Source: an uncultured Planctomycetota bacterium
GTDB lineage: Bacteria > Planctomycetota > Planctomycetia > Pirellulales > Thermoguttaceae
Assembly (NCBI GenBank): GCA_902786505.1
Contig: CADACS010000002.1
Span: 6,684 to 70,683 of the forward strand
Length of the DNA stretch: 64,000 bases
Reading direction: 5' to 3'
Below, piece after piece: positions 1-10,096 of this stretch. The notes beneath the pieces are model-generated. The model was not told where the DNA came from. It did not search any database and saw only the letters and a list, made by a program, of their open reading frames with translations. Position 1 is the stretch's first letter, and every line of letters begins with the position of its first letter. Position numbers and translations under genes: made by a program.

Positions 1-845
1 GGCGGAAGAATCTCTTTGGCGGAACGCAAGTCGTCAAATCGGATATACGGATCTTTATCCCCGCAGATCATTAGGGTTGGAACGGAAATCTTTGAGACGT
101 CAAAGAGCGGAACGTCTTCGGCGACGCACGCGTCCCGCCGGCCGCCGTTGGGGCTCGAATCCCCGTCGTACCGCCAGCAGCCCGACGCCCACAGCCCCAC
201 GAGCGCCGACTCGGTTATCGAATCGTCGATCGATCCGTCTTCCGCGCGCTGAAAGTCCTCGACGGCGTCTTCCCACGTATTATGATGAAACGGCTCCGTC
301 ACTTCGGACTCGCCGATTCCGCGAAAGACCGGCGCGTACAAAACGGCCTTGCGTATATGTTCCGGATGAGCGGCGAGAAACCGCCCGACGGTTATCGTGC
401 CCCAGCTCCAGCCGAGGACGTCGAGCTTATCCCGGCCCGTCGCGGAGGAAATCTTCTCAACCGCGGCGTTAATATCTTCGGCCGCGTAGTCGCTGTTTGG
501 CATGAACCCGTCTTCCACTTTGCCCGACCGGCCGTATCCGGCAATATCGAGCCGCCAGACGGCGTAGCCTTCGCGCGCGAGTTTCCGAACAAGACTGTAA
601 TCTTTATAGTCGACGTCGAATTCGTGAGAGGAATAAGTCAGCCCGTGAATGAGAAGAATGTCTTTTTGCGGCTCCGCGCCCACAAGCGCGACGCGGTCCA
701 AATGGAGCGCGATTCCGGCGCGTTCGAGCGGATATTCGGCGTAACTGAAGTTTGCGCCCTCGGCGGCAAAGACGGCCGGCGCAAAGAACAGCGTCAAAAG
801 GAAGCATAGAAACAGGCGCCAGGCGGGAACGGTTCTACTCGTCAT
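1..845 (-). CDS. secreted alpha/beta hydrolase (partial; C-terminus lies beyond the left edge)
   Basis: Minus-strand frame is open from the ATG at 845 to the window edge. It is absent from the ORF track because it has no in-window stop. Hand translation gives a signal-like N-terminus (MTSRTVPAWRLFLCFLLTLFFAPAVFA), ILLIHGL, YSLVRKLAREGYA, and a GWSWG nucleophile elbow (G-x-S-x-G). Confidence 0.8.
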   Translation of the reverse strand, partial: MTSRTVPAWRLFLCFLLTLFFAPAVFAAEGANFSYAEYPLERAGIALHLDRVALVGAEPQKDILLIHGLTYSSHEFDVDYKDYSLVRKLAREGYAVWRLDIAGYGRSGKVEDGFMPNSDYAAEDINAAVEKISSATGRDKLDVLGWSWGTITVGRFLAAHPEHIRKAVLYAPVFRGIGESEVTEPFHHNTWEDAVEDFQRAEDGSIDDSITESALVGLWASGCWRYDGDSSPNGGRRDACVAEDVPLFDVSKISVPTLMICGDKDPYIRFDDLRSAKEILP

Positions 846-851
846 CGTCGG

Positions 852-1487
852 TTATCCAATCTTTCTAACGGGCGTTCGCAAAACGGTCTTGAGCTTTTCC
901 GGCGCCGTCTTTCTCGGATCGCTCAAATATATTTCATGATGGAGCCGCTCCTCGGAAAAATCAAACGCGTATCCGTTTTCCCGGACGTACTTTCCAATAA
1001 GGTCAAGCGTTTCCGATTCGGCGTCGTAACTGCCAACGTGCATGCATTGGACGCAGAGTCCTTCGTCGATTGTAACGAACCGCGCCGACGAACAGTCGAG
1101 CTTTTTCTTCTCCGAAGCCGTCTCGACCGCCCAGTCGAAATCTTCAAGGCGGATAAAGTCGGGAAGCCGAATCGCCGAAAGCCACTCGAACTTCTCTTTC
1201 TTCGAAAGGTCGACGCCCCTGTCGTCCATATTGAACCAGAAACCTTCGAGAGGGGGCACGACGTACTGAAAGAACCCTTCGATCGTCCGGGCGCCCATAT
1301 AGCTCATTTTAAGCGTATACGCGACCGAATAGAGAACGTCCAGCGCGCGACGGTAGTCTCCGTTCGGATCGTTGGGGTCTCCCTTTCCTCGAACGGCGGC
1401 GAAATTCATCGCGGGAATCTCGACGGCCGTCGGTTTCCTTGGAGGAAGATAAAATTCTTTGTACTCTTTTTTAAAATCAAAGGGCAT
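852..1487 (-). CDS. GyrI-like (effector-binding fold) domain protein
   Basis: Track ORF 852..1541 begins at a TTG. The internal ATG at 1487 is preceded by GGAGAGG. The product MPFDFKKEYKEFYLPP...PLEGFWF...HHEIYLSDPRKTAPEKLKTVLRTPV matches the remembered GyrI-like family pattern. Confidence 0.85.
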   Translation of the reverse strand: MPFDFKKEYKEFYLPPRKPTAVEIPAMNFAAVRGKGDPNDPNGDYRRALDVLYSVAYTLKMSYMGARTIEGFFQYVVPPLEGFWFNMDDRGVDLSKKEKFEWLSAIRLPDFIRLEDFDWAVETASEKKKLDCSSARFVTIDEGLCVQCMHVGSYDAESETLDLIGKYVRENGYAFDFSEERLHHEIYLSDPRKTAPEKLKTVLRTPVRKIG

Positions 1488-1541
1488 AACGCCTCTCCCA
1501 AAATAACAAACGGCAAGGCCCCGTACGCTCGTTACGCTCAA

Positions 1542-2771
1542 TTAAAAACGCTCTTGAGCCTTCATAAACTCCGCCAAATTCACATGACGGACGCCGTTCC
1601 GTTTTTGCAGAAGGTAATCGGCCGTCGCGACGTACTTCGGATACGCGTCTTTAATCTGTTCGAGAGGCCTGTACTCCCTGTCCTCGATTTCTTTACTGGC
1701 GGCGACCGTGTAGGCGACCTGAACGTACGAATAATTAGATTCCGGATCTCTTAAGATAAAATCGCATTCCAGTTTGCCTATTCTTCCGACGCTGACGGCG
1801 TAATCCAAACTTTTAGCGTAGAAAAAAACGGTATTTTCAAGGACGGGGCCGTAGTTAATACGGTTGTCGGTATTCAGAGCAAAGTAGAAACTCAGGTCCG
1901 CGATATAGTACTTTTTGTCGCCGGCGAGCGACTTTCTCGACTTCATATCGAATCGGTCGCACTCGTACAAAATCTTCGCGTCAACGAGGGTTTGGATATA
2001 CTTGGCAAGCGTCTGTCGGCTAACCGTATGTCCGTTTTTACGCAAGTCGCCGTACAAATTATTAATGCTCGTCGTCGAACCGAAGTTATTGACGGCATAC
2101 CGCCGAACCGCTTCAAAAGATTCTCGGTTCCTTATCTTTACGCGTTTTCGAATATCCTTCTCAAAAATCTCTTCGACGACGCTTTGCGTATAACGCCGTT
2201 TGTCCGCCAACGAATCGATACGGACAGCCCGCGGAAAACCGCCTTCGAGAATATAGCGCTGCAGTTCTATCGCGGCGTTCGGATCGACCGGAACGCCGTA
2301 AAATTCCTTCATTTGCTCGTACTCTTCAAAGGTCAGCGTATAGATTTCAAATTCGACGTAACGGCCCGTCAGTTTAGTAGCCAACTCGCCGCTGAGAAGA
2401 TACGAATTGGAACCGGTAATGAAAATCGAACAGCGTCCTTCTTCGCGAAATCCGTTGATTACCTCTTCAAAACCGTCGACATTTTGAACTTCGTCAATAA
2501 AAAGATAGTTTGTCGCGTCCGGATTGAGCCGTTCCTCTATAAGCCGCTCCAGCTGATCTGCCGTCTTGATTTTTCTGTATGCCCGAAGATCAAGGTTAAG
2601 GTAGACGATGCGCGATTCCTCGACGCCTGAGTTTCGAAGCTCGTCGGCGACCGTTTCCATGAGACTGGATTTTCCGCAGCGCCGAACGCCGGTTATGACC
2701 TTAACGATATCGGCGCTATGATAAAAGCCGCGAATCTTTTTCAGATATTTCTCTCTAACGAATAACTTCAT
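1542..2771 (-). CDS. AAA+ ATPase with DUF4143-type C-terminal domain
   Basis: Starts at the internal ATG at 2771 (MKLFVREKYLKKIRGF). Walker A is GVRRCGKSS and Walker B is YLFIDEVQ. Length and layout are typical of the ATP-binding DUF4143 family. Confidence 0.85.
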   Translation of the reverse strand: MKLFVREKYLKKIRGFYHSADIVKVITGVRRCGKSSLMETVADELRNSGVEESRIVYLNLDLRAYRKIKTADQLERLIEERLNPDATNYLFIDEVQNVDGFEEVINGFREEGRCSIFITGSNSYLLSGELATKLTGRYVEFEIYTLTFEEYEQMKEFYGVPVDPNAAIELQRYILEGGFPRAVRIDSLADKRRYTQSVVEEIFEKDIRKRVKIRNRESFEAVRRYAVNNFGSTTSINNLYGDLRKNGHTVSRQTLAKYIQTLVDAKILYECDRFDMKSRKSLAGDKKYYIADLSFYFALNTDNRINYGPVLENTVFFYAKSLDYAVSVGRIGKLECDFILRDPESNYSYVQVAYTVAASKEIEDREYRPLEQIKDAYPKYVATADYLLQKRNGVRHVNLAEFMKAQERF

Positions 2772-2834
2772 AACGTCCCCCCGCCGCGTTTCTGCGCCGG
2801 TAGAAAACATACTCTGCCGAGTCAAAAAAGTCAA

Positions 2835-2881
2835 GTTAACGTTGCAGATTTTGCATTTTTTTCAAAAGTTACAACGTTAAC
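2835..2881. repeat. 10-bp perfect inverted repeat (GTTAACGTTG ... CAACGTTAAC, 27-nt spacer) upstream of the AAA ATPase gene
   Basis: Both arms were read directly at 2835..2844 and 2872..2881. Confidence 0.6.
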
Positions 2882-2918
2882 GCGCGTTTTTTTAGAAAAA
2901 GAGCCGAAGGACGCGGCT

Positions 2919-2956
2919 AAAAAAACGCCCGGCGCTTATATCAAAACGTCGGGCGT
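2919..2956 (-). terminator. Rho-independent terminator after the oxidoreductase gene
   Basis: Stem ACGCCCG/CGGGCGT (2925..2931 and 2950..2956). The minus-strand transcript has a T-run after it (plus-strand A-run 2919..2925). The loop is rather long. Confidence 0.55.
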
Positions 2957-3003
2957 CTTTACGCTATACGGCGTTATTCACGCCGCAGACTCCGGTCGGT
3001 CGA

Positions 3004-4182
3004 TCAGGTGAAATCGGCCAGTTTGACCCAGCAGCGGTTTTCCCACGAATTGCGGACCGCTTCAATCGTACGTTCAACGTCGTACGCGTCGCGGAAGGTC
3101 GCGATCGGGGCGACTTCTTCGGCGCCGGCGATCTTAAGCATGTTTTCGTAGCACGCGTTGACGGTGAAGTCGCGATAGCCGAACATGTGTCCGTCGGCGA
3201 ACGACGCGTAGGAGCCAATGTCGCCGCGGTTCGAGAGGACGCGGGACCAGCCGCGTTCGGGGTTCTTGGCGTCGTAGATGCTCAGGTAGTTGACGTCGTC
3301 GTAATTCCACGCGATCGCGCCGTTTTCGAAGTAGAGCTCATATCCGTGCGTATTTTCGGTGCCCCACGCGTTGCGCGTGCATTCGAGCGAACCGATCGCG
3401 CCGCCGGGCAGCGTGTACATAATGCGCGTGGCGTCGTCGGTTTCGACCGCCTGCATTTTGACGTCGGCCGTTTCGCTGCCGGCGCCGCGCTTCATACGCG
3501 CTTCAAGGTCGGATCCGACAAAGGACGGAACCTTGCGTTCTTTAATGTGCGTCGCCTGCATTGCGCACAGTTCGATCGGGCGCATGCCGGTAACGTAATA
3601 GAGCATATCGAGCGCGTGAGAACCGAGGTCGCCGAGCGTGCCGCCCGTCTTGCTGAAGCGCCAGCTGTACGGGGTGTCCGGGCCGCCCCAGGATTGATTG
3701 TAGAAGGAGCGCGCTTCAATGAGTTTGCCGAAGCGGTTCGCTTTGACGAGCTGACGCGCGAGAACGTTGGACGGGCAGCGGCGATAGATGAAGTTGACGG
3801 CGTTGAGAAGTTCGGGCTTCGCTTCAACGGCGGTCATCATTTCACGCGCTTCGTCGACGGAAACGGCGAGCGGCTTTTCGCAGAAGACGTGCTTGCCGGC
3901 GTCGATCGCCTTCATAACGGCGTCGTGATGCATCGCGTTGGGCAGGCAGACGTCAACGTAATCGCATTCCGGGTCTTTAATGACGGCGTCGAGATCTTTG
4001 CTCGCTTTCCAGCCGACTTCGTTCGCGGCGGCAAATTCGCCGTCGGTGTAGGTGTATGCGCCGTAAAGGACCGGCTTGATCGGGCAGGACGGATAATAAC
4101 GAGCGACGGCTTCATAAGCGACCGCGCGAACCGTGCCCATCATACCGTAACCAAGAATACTGACATTAAGCGTTTTCGCCAT
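3004..4182 (-). CDS. Gfo/Idh/MocA family NAD(P)-dependent oxidoreductase
   Basis: ATG start with AGGAGA RBS. N-terminal Rossmann motif LNVSILGYGMMG, followed by an EKPLA motif (FCEKPLAVS). Confidence 0.9.
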   Translation of the reverse strand: MAKTLNVSILGYGMMGTVRAVAYEAVARYYPSCPIKPVLYGAYTYTDGEFAAANEVGWKASKDLDAVIKDPECDYVDVCLPNAMHHDAVMKAIDAGKHVFCEKPLAVSVDEAREMMTAVEAKPELLNAVNFIYRRCPSNVLARQLVKANRFGKLIEARSFYNQSWGGPDTPYSWRFSKTGGTLGDLGSHALDMLYYVTGMRPIELCAMQATHIKERKVPSFVGSDLEARMKRGAGSETADVKMQAVETDDATRIMYTLPGGAIGSLECTRNAWGTENTHGYELYFENGAIAWNYDDVNYLSIYDAKNPERGWSRVLSNRGDIGSYASFADGHMFGYRDFTVNACYENMLKIAGAEEVAPIATFRDAYDVERTIEAVRNSWENRCWVKLADFT

Positions 4183-4426
4183 TGAAAATATCTCCTAAAA
4201 CTGAATTCTCTATTCCGGACCGAGCCGCGTCGCGGCTCTGCGTTCCGGCGGGGCGTCGATTAGCGTAATGAACGGCGGCATGACCGCCGCGCCGCCGCAA
4301 CCGGACGTCGGCGTAAGTTCGCCGCACAGTTGCGGCTCTTTCTGCGGTATTGTAATAAATACGCCCCTGCGTTTCAAGAAGCGAAACGCATTTTTCGGTA
4401 TTTTCAGGAAAATTTTTGAGCGGCCG

Positions 4427-5551
4427 TTATTCCATACGCTTTCTGAACATATAACCGGCGGCCGAAAGAGAAACGGCGGCGACGGCGGCGAGCGGAATCA
4501 GGCAAAGCCCTATCTTCTCTAAGGACGCGTCGCGAAGGAACAGGCCCCTCATTATCGCCATTTCCCACCGAACAGGATTGACGACCGTCGCCGCGCTGAG
4601 CCAATGGGGCATATTGTCGATCGGAGAGGCGAAGCCCGAAAGGATAATCGCCGGAGGCATGAACAGAAAGACGCCCAGCATCGACTGCTGCTGCGTCGTC
4701 GACGCCGAACTTATCATGAGCCCTATGCTGACAATCGACGTCAGATACAGTACGAGACTCCCCAGCATCAGCGCAAACGAGCCTTGCAGCGGGATTTTAA
4801 ATCCAAAAATAACGATCGCGGTCGTCAGCAGCGCGGAACATGTCGCTAAAAAGACGGCCGCCGCCATTTTGCCGACAACGATTTCACTCGGCGAGGCGGG
4901 CGAAACGAGCAGCTGCTCAAACGAGCCCATTTCACGTTCGCGGGAAATGGAAAAGGAAGAGACCATTAACCCCACGGTCGTCGTCAGGAGGCATATCAGG
5001 CCGGGCATAAACGCGGTTCGCGAAAGCAAATTCGGATTGAACCACCTTCTGGCGATCGGGCCTGTCGGAACGCTTCCGCCGTCGGCCGCCTGAATCGCCG
5101 CTTTGATCCCGTACGACTGCGTTATCTGGGCGACGTATCCGCCCAAAATCGCCGACGCGTTCGCGCGCCGGCCGTCGAGCAGGAGCTGAACTTTTGCCGG
5201 CTCGCCGGAGCCGAGAACGCGCGCCGAAAAATCGTTCGGTATGACCAGGCCCGCAAAGATCTCGCGACGCTCAAGCGCGTCTTTTAATTCCTGAGCGCTC
5301 CGATAGCCGACGGTCTCTTTAAAAACCGGTTTGACGCAAAACGACTGCAGGAACGTCGACGATTCGACGCCCGCGTCCATATTGAAGACGCCGAGTCGCA
5401 CGTTGGTAACTTCCAGCGAAACGGCGTACGCGAACATAACGAGCTGAAGAATCGGAGGAAAGATCAGCACGGCGCGCATCTTCGGCATGCCAAGATTGAT
5501 CGCGAGCTCTTTTAGAAAGAGACGCCGAACGCGGCGAAACGAAGCGAACAT
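4427..5551 (-). CDS. ABC-2 type transporter permease (YbhR/YbhS-like)
   Basis: 374 aa. One N-terminal TM, a large loop, then a C-terminal TM bundle, as in the ABC-2 family. Lies in an operon with the ATPase and HlyD genes. Confidence 0.85.
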   Translation of the reverse strand: MFASFRRVRRLFLKELAINLGMPKMRAVLIFPPILQLVMFAYAVSLEVTNVRLGVFNMDAGVESSTFLQSFCVKPVFKETVGYRSAQELKDALERREIFAGLVIPNDFSARVLGSGEPAKVQLLLDGRRANASAILGGYVAQITQSYGIKAAIQAADGGSVPTGPIARRWFNPNLLSRTAFMPGLICLLTTTVGLMVSSFSISREREMGSFEQLLVSPASPSEIVVGKMAAAVFLATCSALLTTAIVIFGFKIPLQGSFALMLGSLVLYLTSIVSIGLMISSASTTQQQSMLGVFLFMPPAIILSGFASPIDNMPHWLSAATVVNPVRWEMAIMRGLFLRDASLEKIGLCLIPLAAVAAVSLSAAGYMFRKRME

Positions 5552-5566
5552 AAAAACCGCGCCTTT

Positions 5567-6685
5567 CTACAGCCTTGTGGGCGTCTTGACGACCGCGGCA
5601 ATGAAAACGACCGCGCCGATAATTGACATAAAGCCGATCTGATTCAGCAGCAGGGGCCATACGTCGCCCGCCATGAAGATCGTTTGAAGACAGACGACGT
5701 AATACCGCGCCGGAAAGATATAGGTGATTCCCTGAACAATCTTCGGCATGGCGTCGATTTCAAAAATCACGCCCGACAGCAGAAAATTCGGGAGAAAACT
5801 CGAAACGACCGCTATTTGCGCCGCGACGCTCTGATCGCGGCAGGTCGACGAAATTAAAACGCCCTGAGACGTCGCGACGAGGAGAAAGACTCCGGACGTC
5901 AGGAGATACGCGGCCGTCGAACCGTGAAAGGGAACGTCAAACAGGTATCTGGAAAGGGCCGCCGCGCCCAGCGCCGCCGCGATCCCCAGCAGGAAGTAGG
6001 GAATCATTTTCCCAACGAACATCTCGACTTTGCCGACCGACGTCGCCATCGTCGCCTCCATTGTGCCGCGCTCCCATTCCCGCGCGACGACAAGACAGGT
6101 CAGCAGCGCGCCTATCATCGCGAGAATAATCGCGATCGAGCCCGGTATCAGGCTGTAACGCGTAATCTGAGCGGCGTTATATACCGTCTTCGTTTCGAGA
6201 TCGACTTTGCTCGACAGTCCGGCCGCGCCCCGCTCGCGCATTTGAAGGGACGTCCATTTGGCAAACGCGGCGCGCAGATAATTCTCGACGATCAGCGCAA
6301 GATTCGTCTCGGCGCCGTCGGCAAGAATCTGAATCGCGCCCAGTTCTCCATGCGCGACCCGGCTCGAAAAATCGTTGGGCACGACGACCGCCGCGCGCGT
6401 CTCTTCGTCGCGCAGCGCGCGCTCGGCCTCCAAACGGCTCGAATAGTATTGCACGTCGAAATAGCGCGACGCGTTGAGCGAACGGTAAAAAGAACGCGCT
6501 AACGGCGCGTCGTCTTCCAGAACGACGCCGATTCTCACGTTCGTCGCGTCGAGAGAAAGACCGTATCCAAAGAGAAAAAGCATAACCGCGGGAAAAACAA
6601 ACGCGATTAAAAGAGCGCTCGGGTCCCGAAAGACTTGCAGCCATTCCTTCCAGACGATCGCCCAAAGGCGTTCCCACGTTCTCAT
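5567..6685 (-). CDS. ABC-2 type transporter permease (YbhS/YbhR-like)
   Basis: 372-aa paralogue of the adjacent permease. Its start overlaps the stop of the ATPase gene. Confidence 0.85.
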   Translation of the reverse strand: MRTWERLWAIVWKEWLQVFRDPSALLIAFVFPAVMLFLFGYGLSLDATNVRIGVVLEDDAPLARSFYRSLNASRYFDVQYYSSRLEAERALRDEETRAAVVVPNDFSSRVAHGELGAIQILADGAETNLALIVENYLRAAFAKWTSLQMRERGAAGLSSKVDLETKTVYNAAQITRYSLIPGSIAIILAMIGALLTCLVVAREWERGTMEATMATSVGKVEMFVGKMIPYFLLGIAAALGAAALSRYLFDVPFHGSTAAYLLTSGVFLLVATSQGVLISSTCRDQSVAAQIAVVSSFLPNFLLSGVIFEIDAMPKIVQGITYIFPARYYVVCLQTIFMAGDVWPLLLNQIGFMSIIGAVVFIAAVVKTPTRL

Positions 6686-8397
6686 AACGCCGCTCCTTCC
6701 CGGCTCTGCTTAATCAGCCGAATGAACGCGTCTTCGAGGGTCGGATCGGGCGTTTCGGACGTCGCGCTCGACGCTTTAAGCTCGTCGGGCGTTCCTTCGG
6801 CGATTTTATGGCCGTCGAGAATCAGCGCCAATCGGTCGCAATACTCCGCTTCGTCCATAAAGTGAGTCGTAACCAGCACGGCGACTCCCTGCGCGGCAAA
6901 CCGATTCACGCGATTCCAAAATTCCCGGCGCGCAATCGGATCGACGCCGGAGGTCGGCTCGTCGAGAAAGAGCGCGTCGGGCTCATGAACCGTCGCCGTC
7001 GCAAGCGCGAGACGCTGTTTATACCCGAGCGGGAGGGAGCCCGCCTTCGAACGCTCAAAAGGCCGAAGTCCGTAATCGTCCAGCGCGCGGGCTATCGCGG
7101 TTTCCCGCGCCGATGCGGAAAGGCCGTAAAGGTCGGAGTAGAAAACGAGATTCTGCCGAACCGTCAGATCGGAATAAAGCGAAAATTTCTGCGCCATATA
7201 GCCTAGCCGGCTCCTCGCTGCGCCGGGCGCCTTGCGCAGGCTGACGCCCCCGACGTAACCGTCGCCCGACGTCGGACGAAGAAGCCCGCAAAGCATTTTG
7301 AACGTCGTGCTTTTGCCCGCCCCGTTAGGACCGAGAAGACCGAAAATCTCGCCGCGCTTAATCCGAAAACTTACGTCGGACGCCGCGGTAAAATCGCCAA
7401 ATCTCTTCGTGAGGCCGTCGGCGACGACGACATATTCCTGAGACTCTTTGCGCGCCGGAGGTTCCTCTTCGAGCGAAACGTCTTTGGGCGCCCCGCCAAG
7501 ACGTTCAATAAAACCGTCTTCAAATCGCGGAACGGCCAGCTCGACTTTTCTTCCTCCGAAAAGATGTTGCGGATCGTGAACCGGATCAAAGGCGCGGCGC
7601 AGCGTAACGCGAATCGAACTCCCCTGAATCGTCGCGTCGACAATCTCCTCTTTGCGCGAGAGAGCGCCGACCGCGTCCCGGCGCCGGGCCGGCTCAACGT
7701 CTAAAACTCGCGCGACGCGGCCGGACATATCGCGCGTTAACTCTTTGGGCGCGCCCGCAAAAAGCAGTCTGCCCTCGTTAAGCAGGAACGTTTCGTCGCA
7801 AAGTTCCGCTTCGTCAAGGTAAGCCGTGCTCCATATAACGACCGTCTCGTCGGTAACTTGCTCGTTCACCATGCGCCAAAGTTCGCGGCGGCTCAGCGGA
7901 TCGACGCCAACGCCCGGCTCGTCGAGAACGAGCAGCCGCGGCGTCGTTATTAACGCGCACGCCAGTCCGAGCTTCTGTTTCATGCCCCCGGAAAGACGCC
8001 TGGCAAGCCTCTTGGTAAAGCGCGTTAAATTCGTAAACTCCAGTAATTCGTCAAACCGCGCCTTGCGCCGACCGCGTGGAAGATTGCGGAGTTTCGCGTA
8101 AAGATTGAGGTTCTCCATGACCGTCAGATCTTCGTAAAGGCCGAATTTCTGGGGCATATAGCCCATCATCTCGCGAACACGCTTCGTCTCTTTCGCCGCG
8201 TCGTATCCAAACGCGGTCACGCGGCCTGACGTCGGCGTCAGCAGCCCGGCGATTAGGCGCAGCGCCGTCGTCTTACCCGCGCCGTCCGGCCCGACGAGTC
8301 CTGTAATCTTGCCGGGCTTGAGCGTCGCGGAAATCGAATCGAGCGCGGGCCTTGCCGAGTTCGGAAAAAGCTTTGTGACGTTTTCAAAAACGATCAT
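6682..8397 (-). CDS. ABC transporter ATP-binding protein with two fused ATPase domains (YbhF-like)
   Basis: Two Walker A motifs (GPDGAGKTT, GPNGAGKST), two signature motifs (LSGGMKQK, LPLGYKQR) and two Walker B motifs (LLVLDEP, ALFLDEP). Confidence 0.9.
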   Translation of the reverse strand: MIVFENVTKLFPNSARPALDSISATLKPGKITGLVGPDGAGKTTALRLIAGLLTPTSGRVTAFGYDAAKETKRVREMMGYMPQKFGLYEDLTVMENLNLYAKLRNLPRGRRKARFDELLEFTNLTRFTKRLARRLSGGMKQKLGLACALITTPRLLVLDEPGVGVDPLSRRELWRMVNEQVTDETVVIWSTAYLDEAELCDETFLLNEGRLLFAGAPKELTRDMSGRVARVLDVEPARRRDAVGALSRKEEIVDATIQGSSIRVTLRRAFDPVHDPQHLFGGRKVELAVPRFEDGFIERLGGAPKDVSLEEEPPARKESQEYVVVADGLTKRFGDFTAASDVSFRIKRGEIFGLLGPNGAGKSTTFKMLCGLLRPTSGDGYVGGVSLRKAPGAARSRLGYMAQKFSLYSDLTVRQNLVFYSDLYGLSASARETAIARALDDYGLRPFERSKAGSLPLGYKQRLALATATVHEPDALFLDEPTSGVDPIARREFWNRVNRFAAQGVAVLVTTHFMDEAEYCDRLALILDGHKIAEGTPDELKASSATSETPDPTLEDAFIRLIKQSREGAAL

Positions 8398-9431
8398 TGT
8401 TCTTCTTTGCCTTCGAGGCCGAGCTCTCCGGTCCCGGCGGCCCCCAAAGGAATCTTCACGCTCACGGGCGCGCCCTGACGCAGGCCTAAATCAGGCGTCT
8501 CGACGACTATCCTTGCCCGATAGACAAGATTTGTGCGCAAATTCGGCGTTTCTACCGTCTTCGGAGTAAATTCCGCTTCCGGGGAAACGTACCCGACGTG
8601 CCCGACGTATTTTTTCTCGGAAGAATCGGTCGAGATTTCCACCTCGACTCCCGGCGCGACTTTGCCCAGATCGGGCTCTTCGACGAAGATATAGACCCAC
8701 ACGACGTCGCGAACCGAGAGCGTGGCGACCGTTTGGCCCGCCGCGACGATCGCGCCCGGTTCCGCGACCCGCGTTAGAACGACGCCGTCGTTCGGAGCCT
8801 GCAAAACGGCGTCTTGAAACGCGATTTTCGCCCGCGCTAACGCCGCTTCAGCCTGCGCGACCGACGCTCTCGCCGCCGCGAGGTCCTCCTGACGCGTTCC
8901 CTCCTCCAAGAGTTCCACATTCGCCAACGCTTTCGCCAACCTCGCTTTCGCGACGTTGCGCGTCGACAGCGACGCGTCGTATCCGCTTTGACTGACGGCG
9001 TTTTTGCCGATGAGATTCTCGTTCCGGCTAAGATCGGCTTCGGCAAGTTCCAGCGTGGCGCGGCATTCGTCCGCCTGCGCGCGCGCTTCCTCGAGCTCCT
9101 GCTTGCGCGCGCCGTTCTCCGCCCTTTCGAGCGCCGCGCGCGCCTGATCTAACGCCGCCTGAGCGAGCTGAACGTCGACTTCAAGGGGTTCCGCGTCGAG
9201 CTTAGCGAACGTTTGCCCTTTGGTTAGCGACTCCCCTTCTTCCGCGAAAACCTCGGCAATCTTTCCGGCGACGCGAAAACTCAAATTGACGCGGCGAATC
9301 TCTATATTTCCGTAATATGTCAGCGAGTCGGAAACGGGCTCGCTCTTTTTCTTCTGTTCGCGCTGATAAAGGAACGCGGCGACCGCGGCGGCGATAATCA
9401 GTAAGACGACGGCTTTTGCGACGGTTTTCAT
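8394..9431 (-). CDS. HlyD-family periplasmic adaptor (YbhG-like)
   Basis: N-terminal TM, a long Ala/Glu/Leu coiled-coil region, and a C-terminal beta-barrel segment. Overlaps both neighbouring genes by 4 nt. Confidence 0.85.
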   Translation of the reverse strand: MKTVAKAVVLLIIAAAVAAFLYQREQKKKSEPVSDSLTYYGNIEIRRVNLSFRVAGKIAEVFAEEGESLTKGQTFAKLDAEPLEVDVQLAQAALDQARAALERAENGARKQELEEARAQADECRATLELAEADLSRNENLIGKNAVSQSGYDASLSTRNVAKARLAKALANVELLEEGTRQEDLAAARASVAQAEAALARAKIAFQDAVLQAPNDGVVLTRVAEPGAIVAAGQTVATLSVRDVVWVYIFVEEPDLGKVAPGVEVEISTDSSEKKYVGHVGYVSPEAEFTPKTVETPNLRTNLVYRARIVVETPDLGLRQGAPVSVKIPLGAAGTGELGLEGKEEQ

Positions 9432-10075
9432 CGTCGTGCTCCTTTCTGAACGCGGATAAAAGAAGTCAATACGGAAACGATCAGGCGTTTCCCCTGCTCT
9501 AAACGCCGCGCCGTTTGCGACGCGTCAAGCGTAAGTTCTACGAACAGACCGCGAAAATAGCGAGCGAAGACGAACGCCAATTCTTCGTCGGAAAGGATAA
9601 ATTCAACTCCGTGTTTTTGGCGTATCCGGGCAAACAAGCCCGCTATTGGAACGTTTGTGTTTTTTTCAATGAGTTCAAGCGCCGGCGCTTTATTCCCTTT
9701 AAAGAGGGTTGTTTCTGAAAAGACGTGCCGGACCAATCCAAAAGGAATGTTAGCGACAAGTTTCCCAACTAACGCTTCGACGTCTTCTTGGGCGGTCGCG
9801 CCGGAAAGGGGCGTCGATTCGATAATTTCATGAACTTTAGAAATGTGATCCAATACGACGCAGAGGAACAGATCGTCTTTGTTGCCAAACCACCGATAGA
9901 CCGTCGCGAAAGAACCGCCAGACTCCCGGACGATTTCCGCAAGCGAAACTTCGTTATACCCGCGCTCTTCAAACAGGCGTTTCGCCGTATTCACGACTTT
10001 GCGCCAACGCGCTTTACCGCGTTCTGTAGGAGGCATATTGAAACTGGGAAAAACTGCCGTTTTATCTGTGTCCAT
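9428..10075 (-). CDS. TetR/AcrR family transcriptional regulator
   Basis: N-terminal HTH region (KVVNTAKRLFEERGYNEVSLAEIVRESGGSFATVYRWFGNKDDLF). It is the first gene of the efflux operon, the same order as E. coli ybiH-ybhGFSR. Confidence 0.85.
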   Translation of the reverse strand: MDTDKTAVFPSFNMPPTERGKARWRKVVNTAKRLFEERGYNEVSLAEIVRESGGSFATVYRWFGNKDDLFLCVVLDHISKVHEIIESTPLSGATAQEDVEALVGKLVANIPFGLVRHVFSETTLFKGNKAPALELIEKNTNVPIAGLFARIRQKHGVEFILSDEELAFVFARYFRGLFVELTLDASQTARRLEQGKRLIVSVLTSFIRVQKGARR

Positions 10076-10096
10076 TATTATGGCCCTTTCAAAAGT

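Noticed and set aside
1488-1541. N-terminal extensions implied by the ORF track, for example at 1541, 2834, 11744, 15213, 18030, 27396, 28403, 30282, 33919, 36844, 39311, 42688, 49495, 54284, 56550 and 63100.
   Set aside because: Several of the track's M residues are TTG or GTG codons. In other cases the ORF extends across the upstream intergenic region. Internal ATG or GTG codons with better RBS spacing or canonical family N-termini were preferred. Start positions remain predictions.
3187-4185. Long ORFs antisense to real genes. Examples are 3187..4185(+), 13006..14301(+), 20021..20896(+), 23017..24438(+), 42760..44256(-), 52124..53044(+), 57674..59155(-) and 62297..63103(+).
   Set aside because: Each lies fully inside a gene on the opposite strand that has clear family motifs. 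Their translations are Arg/Ala/Gly-rich with no motifs. This is the usual shadow-ORF effect in GC-rich DNA.
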